From positions 42,131 to 106,130 of the IMG/VR virus record IMGVR_UViG_3300045988_132745: a stretch of DNA of 64,000 nucleotides; one strand, 5' to 3'. This DNA comes from a virus. The notes beneath the pieces were generated by a model. It was not told where the DNA came from. It worked only from the letters and a program-made list of their open reading frames with translations, and did no database searches. Both the position numbers and the translations under genes were made by a program. This document shows positions 38,300-46,307 of this stretch, in pieces; within the stretch, counting starts at the first letter, position 1; each line of letters opens with the position of its first letter.

Positions 38300-40636
38300 A
38301 TGGCAGAAAAAACAGAGAAAAGGATTAAGGTGCTGCTTACACCGGGTGGCTCGGAATGGGTGGCGGATAAGGAGTACAAGAGACTTGACTACATCTCGGA
38401 CGGCAAGTCCGTGTGGGTGTGCGTCAAGGTGGATGCCGTGTCGGGTGTAAACGTGGGGCATCCGCTAACGGAGACGGCGTGGTGGAACAAGTGCATCGAC
38501 CTTAGCGAGGCGGAGAGCCTTGCTGGCGAGGCGACTGCTGCAGCTAACGCTGCCGCGACTACCGCCAACAATGCGGCTCAGGCGGCAGAGGATGCCAAGA
38601 CGGCGGCGGAGGCGGCTGTCTCCGAGGCAAACAAGGCTACGGAAGCTGCCAATACCGCGACATCGGCGGCACAGGCTGCCACTGCTGGGGCTAACGACGC
38701 TACTGCTGCCGCCGAGAAGGTGAACGCTGTGCTTGGCGATGACAACGTGCTGAAGGTGACGGACAGAAATGGAGTCGAGAAATCTTTGGAGCTGGTGTCG
38801 CAGGCTGCAGCAACAGAGATAGCGAAGCAGGTGGAGCAGAACACGGCGGACATATCGGGCGTGCAAAAACGTCTCGATATGTTCGGTGATGCTTTTGTAG
38901 GCTTTGCCCGTGTGTCGGGCGATGCCGACCCGAAACCTTCGCAGACCTACATCTACGGCACACGCCAGCTGGTGCGCGAGATTGGCAAGCACATGAAGAT
39001 AGGCACCGTGAAGCGTGTGGGCAACGAAGCTGTGTTGCAGCATGAGGGTGCGCCTGGACGCATAACCAAGGCAAGCAACGGCGAGGCAATGGCTGTGGAT
39101 GGCTCGGAGGGTGACTTGTTGGTATATACCGACATTCCTCTGCATCTTATCAAGGCTAACGAGACTGTCGAAGGACAGGAAATGAGCTGTATGGGCATAG
39201 GTGTAGTGCCTTGCTACTGGATGGGCCATGCAGCCAAGCGACTGGAGCCTTTCGCCTTTGCTCCATTCTATACTGTCAACGCAAAGATATTCGACGATGA
39301 GCGTTCGTGCGCACATTGTATCATCTCTGATGCAGTGGCTGGTACGTCTTTTACGCTTAACGGATTCGTACAAGAGACGTTCCGCCCAAATGCAAATGGT
39401 TATTACAATGTAGGTGTCTCGTCATTGGGATCGATACATAATGCACAGGCTAAGAACGCCGACTCTAACACCAACCGTCCGTACATGGGAGGCTACTATG
39501 AGTTCTACGAGCTGTGGATGACGATGATGTACATTGAGTGCGGCACGCTCAACACTACCGACCTCTACAGCATGGGTGTAGGTCTGACTACAGCCCACTC
39601 GGCAACAGCCGACACTTGGAACAACGAGCGCATTGCTGCAAACTCGGGCATAAAGATGATAGCGGCAGACGGCACGGTGGCAGGTTATGGTGCACTGATG
39701 TCGAAGAGCATGCGCAAGGGTGCAGACGGTAAGGTGGACTATAACCTCTCGGCAGTAGTGGGTAACGGATATTACAGCGCGACTAAGTGCGGAGAGGCAT
39801 TGATGGTGCTCGACGGCATAACTAAGGCAGGATTGCAGAGTAAGGTAGGCTTGTCTACTAATGTGTTCTATTTTGACGAGACGAACAATCTGGTATGCTC
39901 TACATCTATCAATCTTGACACAGGCGAGGGCATGACCCCCAACAAGCGATACTTCGTTGTGCGCGACGTGCCTAACTGTCAGGGTATCGGCGAGGGAGTG
40001 CTCACGGCTGTAATAAATACTTATGTCAAGTTCTCGGTAGCCGACGGTATATATACAGACAGTACCGACCTTACGGGAGGCACGGTAATATACAAGTTCT
40101 CGCATTCGGTGTACCGTGGCATGAGTATTCCTATGGACGGTGCATTCATGCAGCTATGTGGCGCACATTATATGTCTGGACGTACAGCTGAAGATACTGT
40201 CTACGGCAAGTTCTGTTGTGCCGAGAAATGGCAGGACATGGCACCGTTGACAAACGACACTGCCTATGGCGATATTGGCACTGAGTTCAACATTCTAAAG
40301 GGATTGAACAACGTAAAAAGCGTAAGTGGTAACGCAGGATGGGTAAGCAAGGCCGACTATTCTCTGTCGCTGTTCTGCTTTACCGAGCACAGCGGCGGTA
40401 TGCACACTAAGGAGTGCCGCTTTACTTGGAACGGTAATACACTATGGGGCTATGGTGATAGCAATACAGGTTTGCCCGCTACAGGTAAGGAAGGCGTAAA
40501 GGCTCTGGTTGTCGGGTGCAATGCGAACTGTGGCACTGCGTCGGCTTGTACCGCTATTTGCTACTCTGGCGTTAGCAATGGCGATTGGTATTACGCTGGG
40601 GCTTTGGCTGTCCCTCAGCTTAAATTCAAGCAATAA
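38300..40636 (+). CDS. DGR target protein: fibre-like receptor-binding protein with C-terminal variable region
   Basis: Ala-rich coiled-coil N-terminus like neighbouring fibre genes; the last ~40 aa are the VR copy of the downstream TR. Confidence 0.85.
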   Translation: MAEKTEKRIKVLLTPGGSEWVADKEYKRLDYISDGKSVWVCVKVDAVSGVNVGHPLTETAWWNKCIDLSEAESLAGEATAAANAAATTANNAAQAAEDAKTAAEAAVSEANKATEAANTATSAAQAATAGANDATAAAEKVNAVLGDDNVLKVTDRNGVEKSLELVSQAAATEIAKQVEQNTADISGVQKRLDMFGDAFVGFARVSGDADPKPSQTYIYGTRQLVREIGKHMKIGTVKRVGNEAVLQHEGAPGRITKASNGEAMAVDGSEGDLLVYTDIPLHLIKANETVEGQEMSCMGIGVVPCYWMGHAAKRLEPFAFAPFYTVNAKIFDDERSCAHCIISDAVAGTSFTLNGFVQETFRPNANGYYNVGVSSLGSIHNAQAKNADSNTNRPYMGGYYEFYELWMTMMYIECGTLNTTDLYSMGVGLTTAHSATADTWNNERIAANSGIKMIAADGTVAGYGALMSKSMRKGADGKVDYNLSAVVGNGYYSATKCGEALMVLDGITKAGLQSKVGLSTNVFYFDETNNLVCSTSINLDTGEGMTPNKRYFVVRDVPNCQGIGEGVLTAVINTYVKFSVADGIYTDSTDLTGGTVIYKFSHSVYRGMSIPMDGAFMQLCGAHYMSGRTAEDTVYGKFCCAEKWQDMAPLTNDTAYGDIGTEFNILKGLNNVKSVSGNAGWVSKADYSLSLFCFTEHSGGMHTKECRFTWNGNTLWGYGDSNTGLPATGKEGVKALVVGCNANCGTASACTAICYSGVSNGDWYYAGALAVPQLKFKQ
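40508..40618 (+). repeat. DGR variable region (VR)
   Basis: 111 nt aligning to 40994-41104 (offset 486) with 12 differences, all at TR adenines. Confidence 0.85.
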
Positions 40637-40703
40637 AAAGGCAGCAAAAACAAAAAGCTGTCGGCCGTTAGACAACAAGCCTTGAGCGACGCCAACCAGC
40701 TGA

Positions 40704-40727
40704 GGGGCGGCGGCTGTTAGCCGCCCC
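40704..40727 (+). promoter_or_regulatory. GC-rich hairpin downstream of VR (candidate DGR target-recognition element)
   Basis: ggggcggc / gccgcccc perfect 8-bp stem, about 85 nt after the VR end. Confidence 0.5.
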
Positions 40728-40795
40728 GACTGGCGCCTTGTGGAGCTGGCAAATAATCAATAAACTTCAAGTATTTCTCAAAAAACAAAAATATT

Positions 40796-42664
40796 ATGAC
40801 TCTCATCGAACAGAAAAATATCGACACAACGAAGCAGCCATCATCGGAGAATGGGGTGATGTACGGCTGTCCGGTGGGTGCGTCTTGTCATGAAGCACAC
40901 GGTAAGCTCTCTCCTGCGGTGGACGGCAATGTGCCGACCGAGCCGTGTGTGACGGTTGACAAAGACAAAAGCGTGGGTAAGGAAAAGGCTCTCGTTGTCG
41001 GGTGCAATGCGAACAATGGCAATGCGTCGGCTTGTACCGCTAATTGCAACAATGGCGTTAGCAATGACAATTGGAATTACGCTGGGGCTTTGGCTGTCAA
41101 TCAGGTAGAAGATAGCAGGAAACACCTTACAACGCGACCAACAAGGTTAAACATAGCGAACACCCATACCGCCACTGGTGGGTATGGATTGGTAGACTGC
41201 CGCTCATTGCCGTTTTGGAGCGAGAGCACGGAGGCAGACGGCACTATCGGGAATGGTGCCAAACCGATGAAGGCTACCCATGAGGGAAATATCCTCGATG
41301 AATTGAAGACAGCGAATCATAAGAAGAAGCTGAGAAACTTGAAGAGATTTTTGACAGACCCTGTGATTGTGCGCATGGGTGTAGACAGATGTCTGGAGAG
41401 GGCAAGCGACTCGCCCGAAGTGCGCAATATTGAAAACAACAAGGAATACGTAATACAGCGCATAATACGTGAGCTGACCGACGAGACCTACAGATGTCAG
41501 CCTACCGTGCGTCGCATTATCGAGAAGAAAGGCAAGGGCGACAAGAATCGCAATGCCGACATATACACGGTGTATGACAGATGTGTGCAAAACGTGCTGC
41601 TGATAGTAATAAAGGAGAAGCTAACAAACATCATTTCGCCTTATTGCTATTCGGGCATTGAAGGCAGAAGCCTGTGGAGCAACGACAAGCGCGGGTGTAT
41701 GGTGAACCGAATACGTACATACGTAAAGAACCATCCCGATGCGAGCGCAGGATTGACGGACATACGTCATTTCTACGAGACGCTAAAATCGAAGGTGGTG
41801 CTTGGTGTGGTGTTCGAAACTATCACTTGCCCGTTTACACGCCGATTGCTGTGCGACATACTATTGCAGCACGACACGCTCGTTATTGGAGGTACGCTGT
41901 CGCAGATTCTCGCTATGCTTACGTTGACGGAGATGGATAACGAATTGACAAGACGCTTTAAACCGCAATTCTATGGTGGCTTTGGTGACAATCGTATCAT
42001 CATGGACGATGATAGAGAGAAGGTGTTGAAAGCCGTGCATTGGGAAAGGAGTTATCTTGAAGGTAGGTATGGCATGGAGATGAAGGGCGACTATCAGGTG
42101 GTGAGAGTGAAGAATGGCTTTATGTTTTGCAAACAGCACTTTAAAGGGTCGTTTGTGAACGTTAGGTCGGAGCTTAGGCGTAGGGCTATACGTGCAGCAG
42201 GCAGAGGCAGGCAGAACTATGCCGGCTATCACGGAATGTTGATGAAGACGGACAGCAGAAGACTGATACAACTTATAAGAAATGATATTAGACGATTAAA
42301 AAGAATGAAGAATCAAAAAGGAATGTCGGTACGCCCTATGGTTGGCGACAATATCAAACTGGATAAGGTAGAGGGTATGCAGATTGTCATTACAGACTAT
42401 TCGGTACGCCAGAACCATAAGGACAGCGAGTTCTTCGTTCGCTTTCAGTTTGTGGCAATAGGCGACGATGGTAGCAAGCATCTGTTTGTCACCAACAACG
42501 GCAGCTACGAGATAAAGGAGTTCTTCAAACTGGCTGAGGAAGGCAAAGTGAAAATTCCGTTGAAAACGAAGATATGCGCAGAGGGCAAGTCGTTTTACTT
42601 CGAGGGGTATCACACTACGAGTCAGGAGGCATGCGAACTGATATGCGCTAAGTTGGGAATATAG
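40796..42664 (+). CDS. DGR-type reverse transcriptase (maximal ORF; RT domain may start at in-frame ATG 41267)
   Basis: RT motifs KKGKGDKNRNADIYTVYDRCVQNVL, LTDIRHFYETL and DGR-typical VIGGTLSQ (41885-41905); motif C position reads FGDN (41981-41992). Confidence 0.85.
   Translation: MTLIEQKNIDTTKQPSSENGVMYGCPVGASCHEAHGKLSPAVDGNVPTEPCVTVDKDKSVGKEKALVVGCNANNGNASACTANCNNGVSNDNWNYAGALAVNQVEDSRKHLTTRPTRLNIANTHTATGGYGLVDCRSLPFWSESTEADGTIGNGAKPMKATHEGNILDELKTANHKKKLRNLKRFLTDPVIVRMGVDRCLERASDSPEVRNIENNKEYVIQRIIRELTDETYRCQPTVRRIIEKKGKGDKNRNADIYTVYDRCVQNVLLIVIKEKLTNIISPYCYSGIEGRSLWSNDKRGCMVNRIRTYVKNHPDASAGLTDIRHFYETLKSKVVLGVVFETITCPFTRRLLCDILLQHDTLVIGGTLSQILAMLTLTEMDNELTRRFKPQFYGGFGDNRIIMDDDREKVLKAVHWERSYLEGRYGMEMKGDYQVVRVKNGFMFCKQHFKGSFVNVRSELRRRAIRAAGRGRQNYAGYHGMLMKTDSRRLIQLIRNDIRRLKRMKNQKGMSVRPMVGDNIKLDKVEGMQIVITDYSVRQNHKDSEFFVRFQFVAIGDDGSKHLFVTNNGSYEIKEFFKLAEEGKVKIPLKTKICAEGKSFYFEGYHTTSQEACELICAKLGI
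40994..41104 (+). repeat. DGR template region (TR)
   Basis: Asn-codon-rich (AAY) copy of VR lying 5' of the RT domain. Confidence 0.85.
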
Positions 42665-42748
42665 AGTTGGGAATTAGGAGTTAGGAGTTAGGAATTGATC
42701 GCCTATGGCGATTTTGAGTTATTGAATTTTGAATTGAGAATTAAGAAT
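42665..42748 (+). repeat. AATTCAAAA/GAGTTAGGA-arm element with central GC hairpin (copy 2)
   Basis: gagttaggagttaggaattgat-CGCCtatGGCG-attttgagttattgaattttgaattgag; the hairpin plus attttg could terminate the RT transcript. Confidence 0.6.
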
Positions 42749-42761
42749 ATAAAATTTTATT

Positions 42762-43355
42762 ATGGAAATGACAAGAATGATTTTTGAGCAGAAGCAGCCG
42801 AAGGTGGTTGTCTGCAAAAGTGGCAGGGCTATGATTGCTCTTAACGAGCAGGTAGTGAAGTCTGTGGAGAGTGTACCTGTGGGTATGACCGAGGAGGGTG
42901 AAATGCGCTACGAGGAGCGAGAGAAGGAACAGTATGCGTATGATGTGTGCTGGCTTGAGAATGTTGGTACAGAAGCCGACGTGCTCAACTCGGCTAAAGC
43001 GGCTGTGCTCGCCGCTATTGAAGCCTACGACACTTCATCTGCTGTCAACGGCTTTATCCTCAACGGACAGCGTGTTTGGCTCGACAAGGCGACACGTGTA
43101 GGTCTGATGAACTCTACCACTATCGCTAAGGCTATGGGACAGCCTACTACTACACTGTGGTTGGGCGATGTGAAGCTGGTAGTGGAGTGCGACAAGGCTA
43201 TACAGCTGCTCTCGGCACTGGAGATGTATGCCCTGGAGTGCTTTAACGTTACGGCTGCGCACAAGAAGGCTGTAGCGGAAATGAGCACGGTGGAGAGTGT
43301 ACTGGGGTATGACTATACGAAGGGGTACCCGAAGGTGCTGGAAATGAGAGTTTAA
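42762..43355 (+). CDS. DUF4376-like tail-fibre-associated protein
   Basis: ...NGQRVWLDKATRVGL...LLSALEMYALECFNVTAAHKK...YDYTKGYP matches my memory of the DUF4376 pattern. Confidence 0.5.
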   Translation: MEMTRMIFEQKQPKVVVCKSGRAMIALNEQVVKSVESVPVGMTEEGEMRYEEREKEQYAYDVCWLENVGTEADVLNSAKAAVLAAIEAYDTSSAVNGFILNGQRVWLDKATRVGLMNSTTIAKAMGQPTTTLWLGDVKLVVECDKAIQLLSALEMYALECFNVTAAHKKAVAEMSTVESVLGYDYTKGYPKVLEMRV

Positions 43356-43500
43356 GTGAAAAGTGAAGAGTGAAAAATCCATGTGCTTTTGCTTCTTGCG
43401 AGGATTTTGCGCTCTTTTAACTATCGGATTCTTCACTCTTCGTTCTTCACTCTTCACTTTAAAAAGCTATTGGATTTTTCCCTTTTCACTTTTAACTTTT
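43354..43500. repeat. GTGAAGAG/GTGAAAAG low-complexity inverted-repeat element
   Basis: aagtgaaaagtgaagagtgaaaaatcc (43354-43380) faces ggattcttcactcttcgttcttcactcttcactt (43426-43459); then ctattggattttt core. Confidence 0.65.
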
Positions 43501-43512
43501 AACTTTAAGAAT

Positions 43513-43995
43513 ATGGTAGTATTGAGTTTTATTGCGGCATTGCTGATGTTTGCGATGCTGTGTTTAGTGATAGATGATAAAAAGGAGACACCTGAGATGA
43601 TGAGCAGTATCTACTACATGCTTGGCAAGAGAGGTTGGGTGTTTCAACTGGTGATGATACTGTTCGGCATGCTGATGATGATATGCCTGTTAGACAGCGG
43701 ATTTGGCGAGCAATGCCTGGCGTTCATTGCTTGTGCCGGACTGATGTTCGTGGGAGCTGCGCCAAGGTTTCTGGAGCAAGGCGAGAGAGCTGTGCATAAA
43801 GGAGCTGCTATCGTGTCGGCTGTGGCGAGTGTAGGCTGGTGCTTGACGGTGGACTGGAGAATGGTGCTTGCTTTCTTGACTTGGTACGGCGTGTATTGGG
43901 TAGGCAGAAACAAGGACAGCAAGCCTTGGTTAACGGCTGAGTTTACGGCTATATTGTTGGTTATGGTGACGTACTGGTGTAATGTATTGGTGTAA
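43513..43995 (+). CDS. integral membrane protein (four or more TM spans)
   Basis: Start moved to MVVLSFIAALLMF because the upstream part of the ORF is repeat DNA. Confidence 0.55.
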   Translation: MVVLSFIAALLMFAMLCLVIDDKKETPEMMSSIYYMLGKRGWVFQLVMILFGMLMMICLLDSGFGEQCLAFIACAGLMFVGAAPRFLEQGERAVHKGAAIVSAVASVGWCLTVDWRMVLAFLTWYGVYWVGRNKDSKPWLTAEFTAILLVMVTYWCNVLV

Positions 43996-44018
43996 CATGT
44001 AAAAAACAAAATTGAATT

Positions 44019-44294
44019 ATGGCAACTATTGATACTATAGATGTGCTGAGCTTGCCCACAACGGACAAGGTGCAGACGGGTGACACGTTGCTCTTGATAC
44101 GTCCTAAAGCGGATGGCACACAAGAATGCTATCGTGTCGAGGGTAAAGACTTCAGAGGCGAGGACGCTTATGATGTGGCCAAGGCGGGAGGATATACTGG
44201 CACGAGGGGAGAATGGGAGGAACAGATCAGGCGAGTGAGCAAAGTGGACGTAGGGTTTGACGCAGAAGAAGGCTCGCTTGTGATTAGCTATTAA
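44019..44294 (+). CDS. small fibre-associated protein
   Basis: 91 aa; C-terminal VDVGFDAEEGSLVISY is shared with the next fibre gene. Confidence 0.5.
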   Translation: MATIDTIDVLSLPTTDKVQTGDTLLLIRPKADGTQECYRVEGKDFRGEDAYDVAKAGGYTGTRGEWEEQIRRVSKVDVGFDAEEGSLVISY

Positions 44295-44379
44295 GTGAAA
44301 AACGAAGAGTGAAAAGTTAAAAATCCAATAGTTAAGAGAGCATATGGATTTTTCACTCTTCACTTTTCACTCTTCACTT
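44293..44379. repeat. GTGAAGAG-family long imperfect hairpin
   Basis: aagtgaaaaacgaagagtgaaaagttaaaaatcca ... tggatttttcactcttcacttttcactcttcactt. Confidence 0.7.
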
Positions 44380-44399
44380 AACCTTTAAAACATAACGAT

Positions 44400-45440
44400 A
44401 TGAAAAAGATAGTAAGAGGTAATGATTTTACATTGCGCATACCCGTGCGCAAGATTGTGGGGGGCGAGATGCAGAAGTTTCCATTGCCTGCATGCGAGGA
44501 GATTGAGGTGAACCTTGTAAACGCCTTTCGTCGCAGAAGAATGGCGCATACGATAGGTGTGGAGGACGACTCGCTGCTTGAGGTGAGGGTGCAAAGCTCG
44601 GAGATGGCTCTGGGTGCGTATGCCCTTGAGGTGAAGGGCAAGTTGTTTGGCTGTTCATGGCGAAGCAATGAGTATGAACAGATAATGCTTGTGGATAATA
44701 ATGCGTCGGGCGACACAGTGTTTGAGCCACATGAGGGTGAGGACTCGGTTGAGATGGACACGGCTGTTGTGGTGCTGCCTCCTACCGTGGAACTTGGCAA
44801 CCTGATAACGGGGGCAAACGAGGCTATCAAGAAGGCGAATGTGGCTACTGACAGAGCTAATGCTTCGGCAGACAAGGCTGACAAGGCTGCTGCGGACGCT
44901 AAGAGCACGGCTGATACTGCTGCTGCAGAAGCGAAGGCTACTGCGGACGCTGCTGCTGCCGAGGCGAAGAAAACGGCTAATGACGCTGCTGAACTGGCTA
45001 TTACAACTGCTAATGATGCCGCGACCGATGCAGAACAGAGAACGACCGCTGCTATTGCCGAAATGACTAAGCAGACGGACACTACGCTTGCTGCTGTTAC
45101 GCAACAGACAACGGACGCTATTGCTGATGTTAAGCAACAGACTACAGACGCTATTGCTGACGTTAAGCAACAGACAACGGACGCTATTGCTGATGTTAAG
45201 CAACAGACAGATACTGCTATTGCCGACGTGAAGCAACAGACTGCCGATGCTATTGCCAAGAACGACAAGGCTACGACCGATGCTGTGGCTAAGGCTGACA
45301 AGGCTACGGCTGACGCTGTGAAGGCTAAGACGGATGCGGACACGGCTGCGGACAGGGCTAATACGGCTGCAGAAAGATGCGAGAGCGTGAACGTAGATTT
45401 TGATGTGGAAAGAGGAGAATTGGTGATTGTAAGTGAATAG
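44400..45440 (+). CDS. fibre/baseplate protein with Ala-rich coiled coil and tandem 11-aa repeats
   Basis: N-terminal beta-rich domain, then ADKA/AEAK coil and QQTTDAIADVK repeated about 4.5 times. Confidence 0.65.
   Translation: MKKIVRGNDFTLRIPVRKIVGGEMQKFPLPACEEIEVNLVNAFRRRRMAHTIGVEDDSLLEVRVQSSEMALGAYALEVKGKLFGCSWRSNEYEQIMLVDNNASGDTVFEPHEGEDSVEMDTAVVVLPPTVELGNLITGANEAIKKANVATDRANASADKADKAAADAKSTADTAAAEAKATADAAAAEAKKTANDAAELAITTANDAATDAEQRTTAAIAEMTKQTDTTLAAVTQQTTDAIADVKQQTTDAIADVKQQTTDAIADVKQQTDTAIADVKQQTADAIAKNDKATTDAVAKADKATADAVKAKTDADTAADRANTAAERCESVNVDFDVERGELVIVSE
45102..45258 (+). repeat. 33-bp in-frame tandem repeat, about 4.5 copies
   Basis: caacagacaacggacgctattgctgatgttaag units. 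Confidence 0.8.
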
Positions 45441-45506
45441 TGAAAAGGGAAAAATCCAATAGCTTTTAAGAGTAAAAAAGTAAAAGGGTAAAAAAGTAAA
45501 AGGGTT
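45431..45506. repeat. GTGAA/GTAAAAAAG low-complexity intergenic repeat
   Basis: aagtgaatagtgaaaagggaaaaatccaatagcttttaagagtaaaaaagtaaaagggtaaaaaagtaaaaggg. Confidence 0.65.
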
Positions 45507-45511
45507 TTATT

Positions 45512-45940
45512 ATGAAAGCAAGTGACATTTTGATTGACAAACTGAAGCAGTTTGAGGGGTATCGGGCCAAGGCTTACAGATGCCCTGCTGGAGTGTGGAC
45601 GTGTGGGTATGGGCATACCAAGGGCGTAACGGCTCGCACGGCGTGCGACAAAGCGAAGGCTCTTGCATGGCTAAGGTCTGACCTTGCGCCTATCGAGAGC
45701 TTCCTATCGGCTGTGCCTGAGGTGGCGAAGACGCAAGGACGCTTTGACGCATGTGCGGATTTCTGCTTTAATCTTGGTACGGGTGCCTTCCGTGGCTCTA
45801 CGCTCTTTAAACTGATACAGAAGAAGGCTTCGATGGCTGCTATCCAGGCGGAGTTCTTGAAGTGGATTTATGCAGGAGGTAGACCGTTGGAAGGATTGAA
45901 AATGAGAAGACGATGGGAAGCAGGCCGCTTTGCGGAGTGA
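45512..45940 (+). CDS. GH24 (T4/lambda-type) phage lysozyme / endolysin
   Basis: LKQFEGYRAKAYRCPAGVWTCGYGHT catalytic-Glu motif and ...GGRPLEGLKMRRRWE. Confidence 0.85.
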   Translation: MKASDILIDKLKQFEGYRAKAYRCPAGVWTCGYGHTKGVTARTACDKAKALAWLRSDLAPIESFLSAVPEVAKTQGRFDACADFCFNLGTGAFRGSTLFKLIQKKASMAAIQAEFLKWIYAGGRPLEGLKMRRRWEAGRFAE

Positions 45941-45990
45941 AGAGTGAAGAGTGAAAAGTGAAAAATCCAATAGTTATGTAAAAGTGAAAG
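45937..45990. repeat. GTGAAGAG-family intergenic repeat
   Basis: gtgaagagtgaagagtgaaaagtgaaaaatccaatag. Confidence 0.65.
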
Positions 45991-45992
45991 TT

Positions 45993-46235
45993 ATGGAGAA
46001 TGTTATTACAAAGATTGTGAATAAGGTGGGTAGCGATAAGGTGATGCACGTGGAAACGTGTGCGCTTATAGCTGTTGTGGCGAAACGATGCTCGGGCAGT
46101 GTGGCGATAAGTGCTGCTGTTGCTCTGGGTGTAGGATTGCTTAAGGAGCTGTATGATGTGGCTACGGGAGAGGAGTTTGACTGGAAAGACGTGGCTGCGG
46201 ATGCTGTGGGAGCGGTAGTTGGAGCAAGCATTTAA
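45993..46235 (+). CDS. small membrane protein, lysis-cassette position (holin/spanin candidate)
   Basis: Start moved to MENVITKIV; two hydrophobic spans; directly follows the endolysin. Confidence 0.45.
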   Translation: MENVITKIVNKVGSDKVMHVETCALIAVVAKRCSGSVAISAAVALGVGLLKELYDVATGEEFDWKDVAADAVGAVVGASI

Positions 46236-46307
46236 AAGTAAAAAAGTAAAAGAGTAAAAAGGTAAAAAAGGACTTTTAAGGGTAAAAAAGTAAAAAGAGT
46301 AAAAAAG
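46234..46307. repeat. GTAAAAAAG low-complexity repeat
   Basis: aaaagtaaaaaagtaaaagagtaaaaaggtaaaaaagg...gggtaaaaaagtaaaaagagtaaaaaag. Confidence 0.65.

Noticed and set aside
40987-40993. Extending TR/VR 5' to 40501/40987
   Set aside because: The extra 7 nt include a C/G difference (40993 versus 40507) that is not at a TR adenine, and homology decays further upstream. The repeat was therefore started at 40508/40994, where all differences are A-specific.
42762-43355. An Avd accessory gene of the DGR downstream of the RT
   Set aside because: The product matches the DUF4376-type tail-fibre-associated pattern (WLDKATR...YDYTKGYP). At 197 aa it is not a basic four-helix-bundle protein of about 120 aa.
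43363-43512. N-terminal extensions beginning MKSEKS... (43363, 45951) and the - strand ORF 43644-44363
   Set aside because: These stretches are translations of the GTGAAGAG-type intergenic repeat. The same peptide appears in three unrelated ORFs and on both strands, so downstream ATGs were chosen.
43354-46307. CRISPR array
   Set aside because: The repeats are degenerate and purine-rich, of unequal length and irregular spacing. They are separated by genes rather than short unique spacers, and no cas genes are present.
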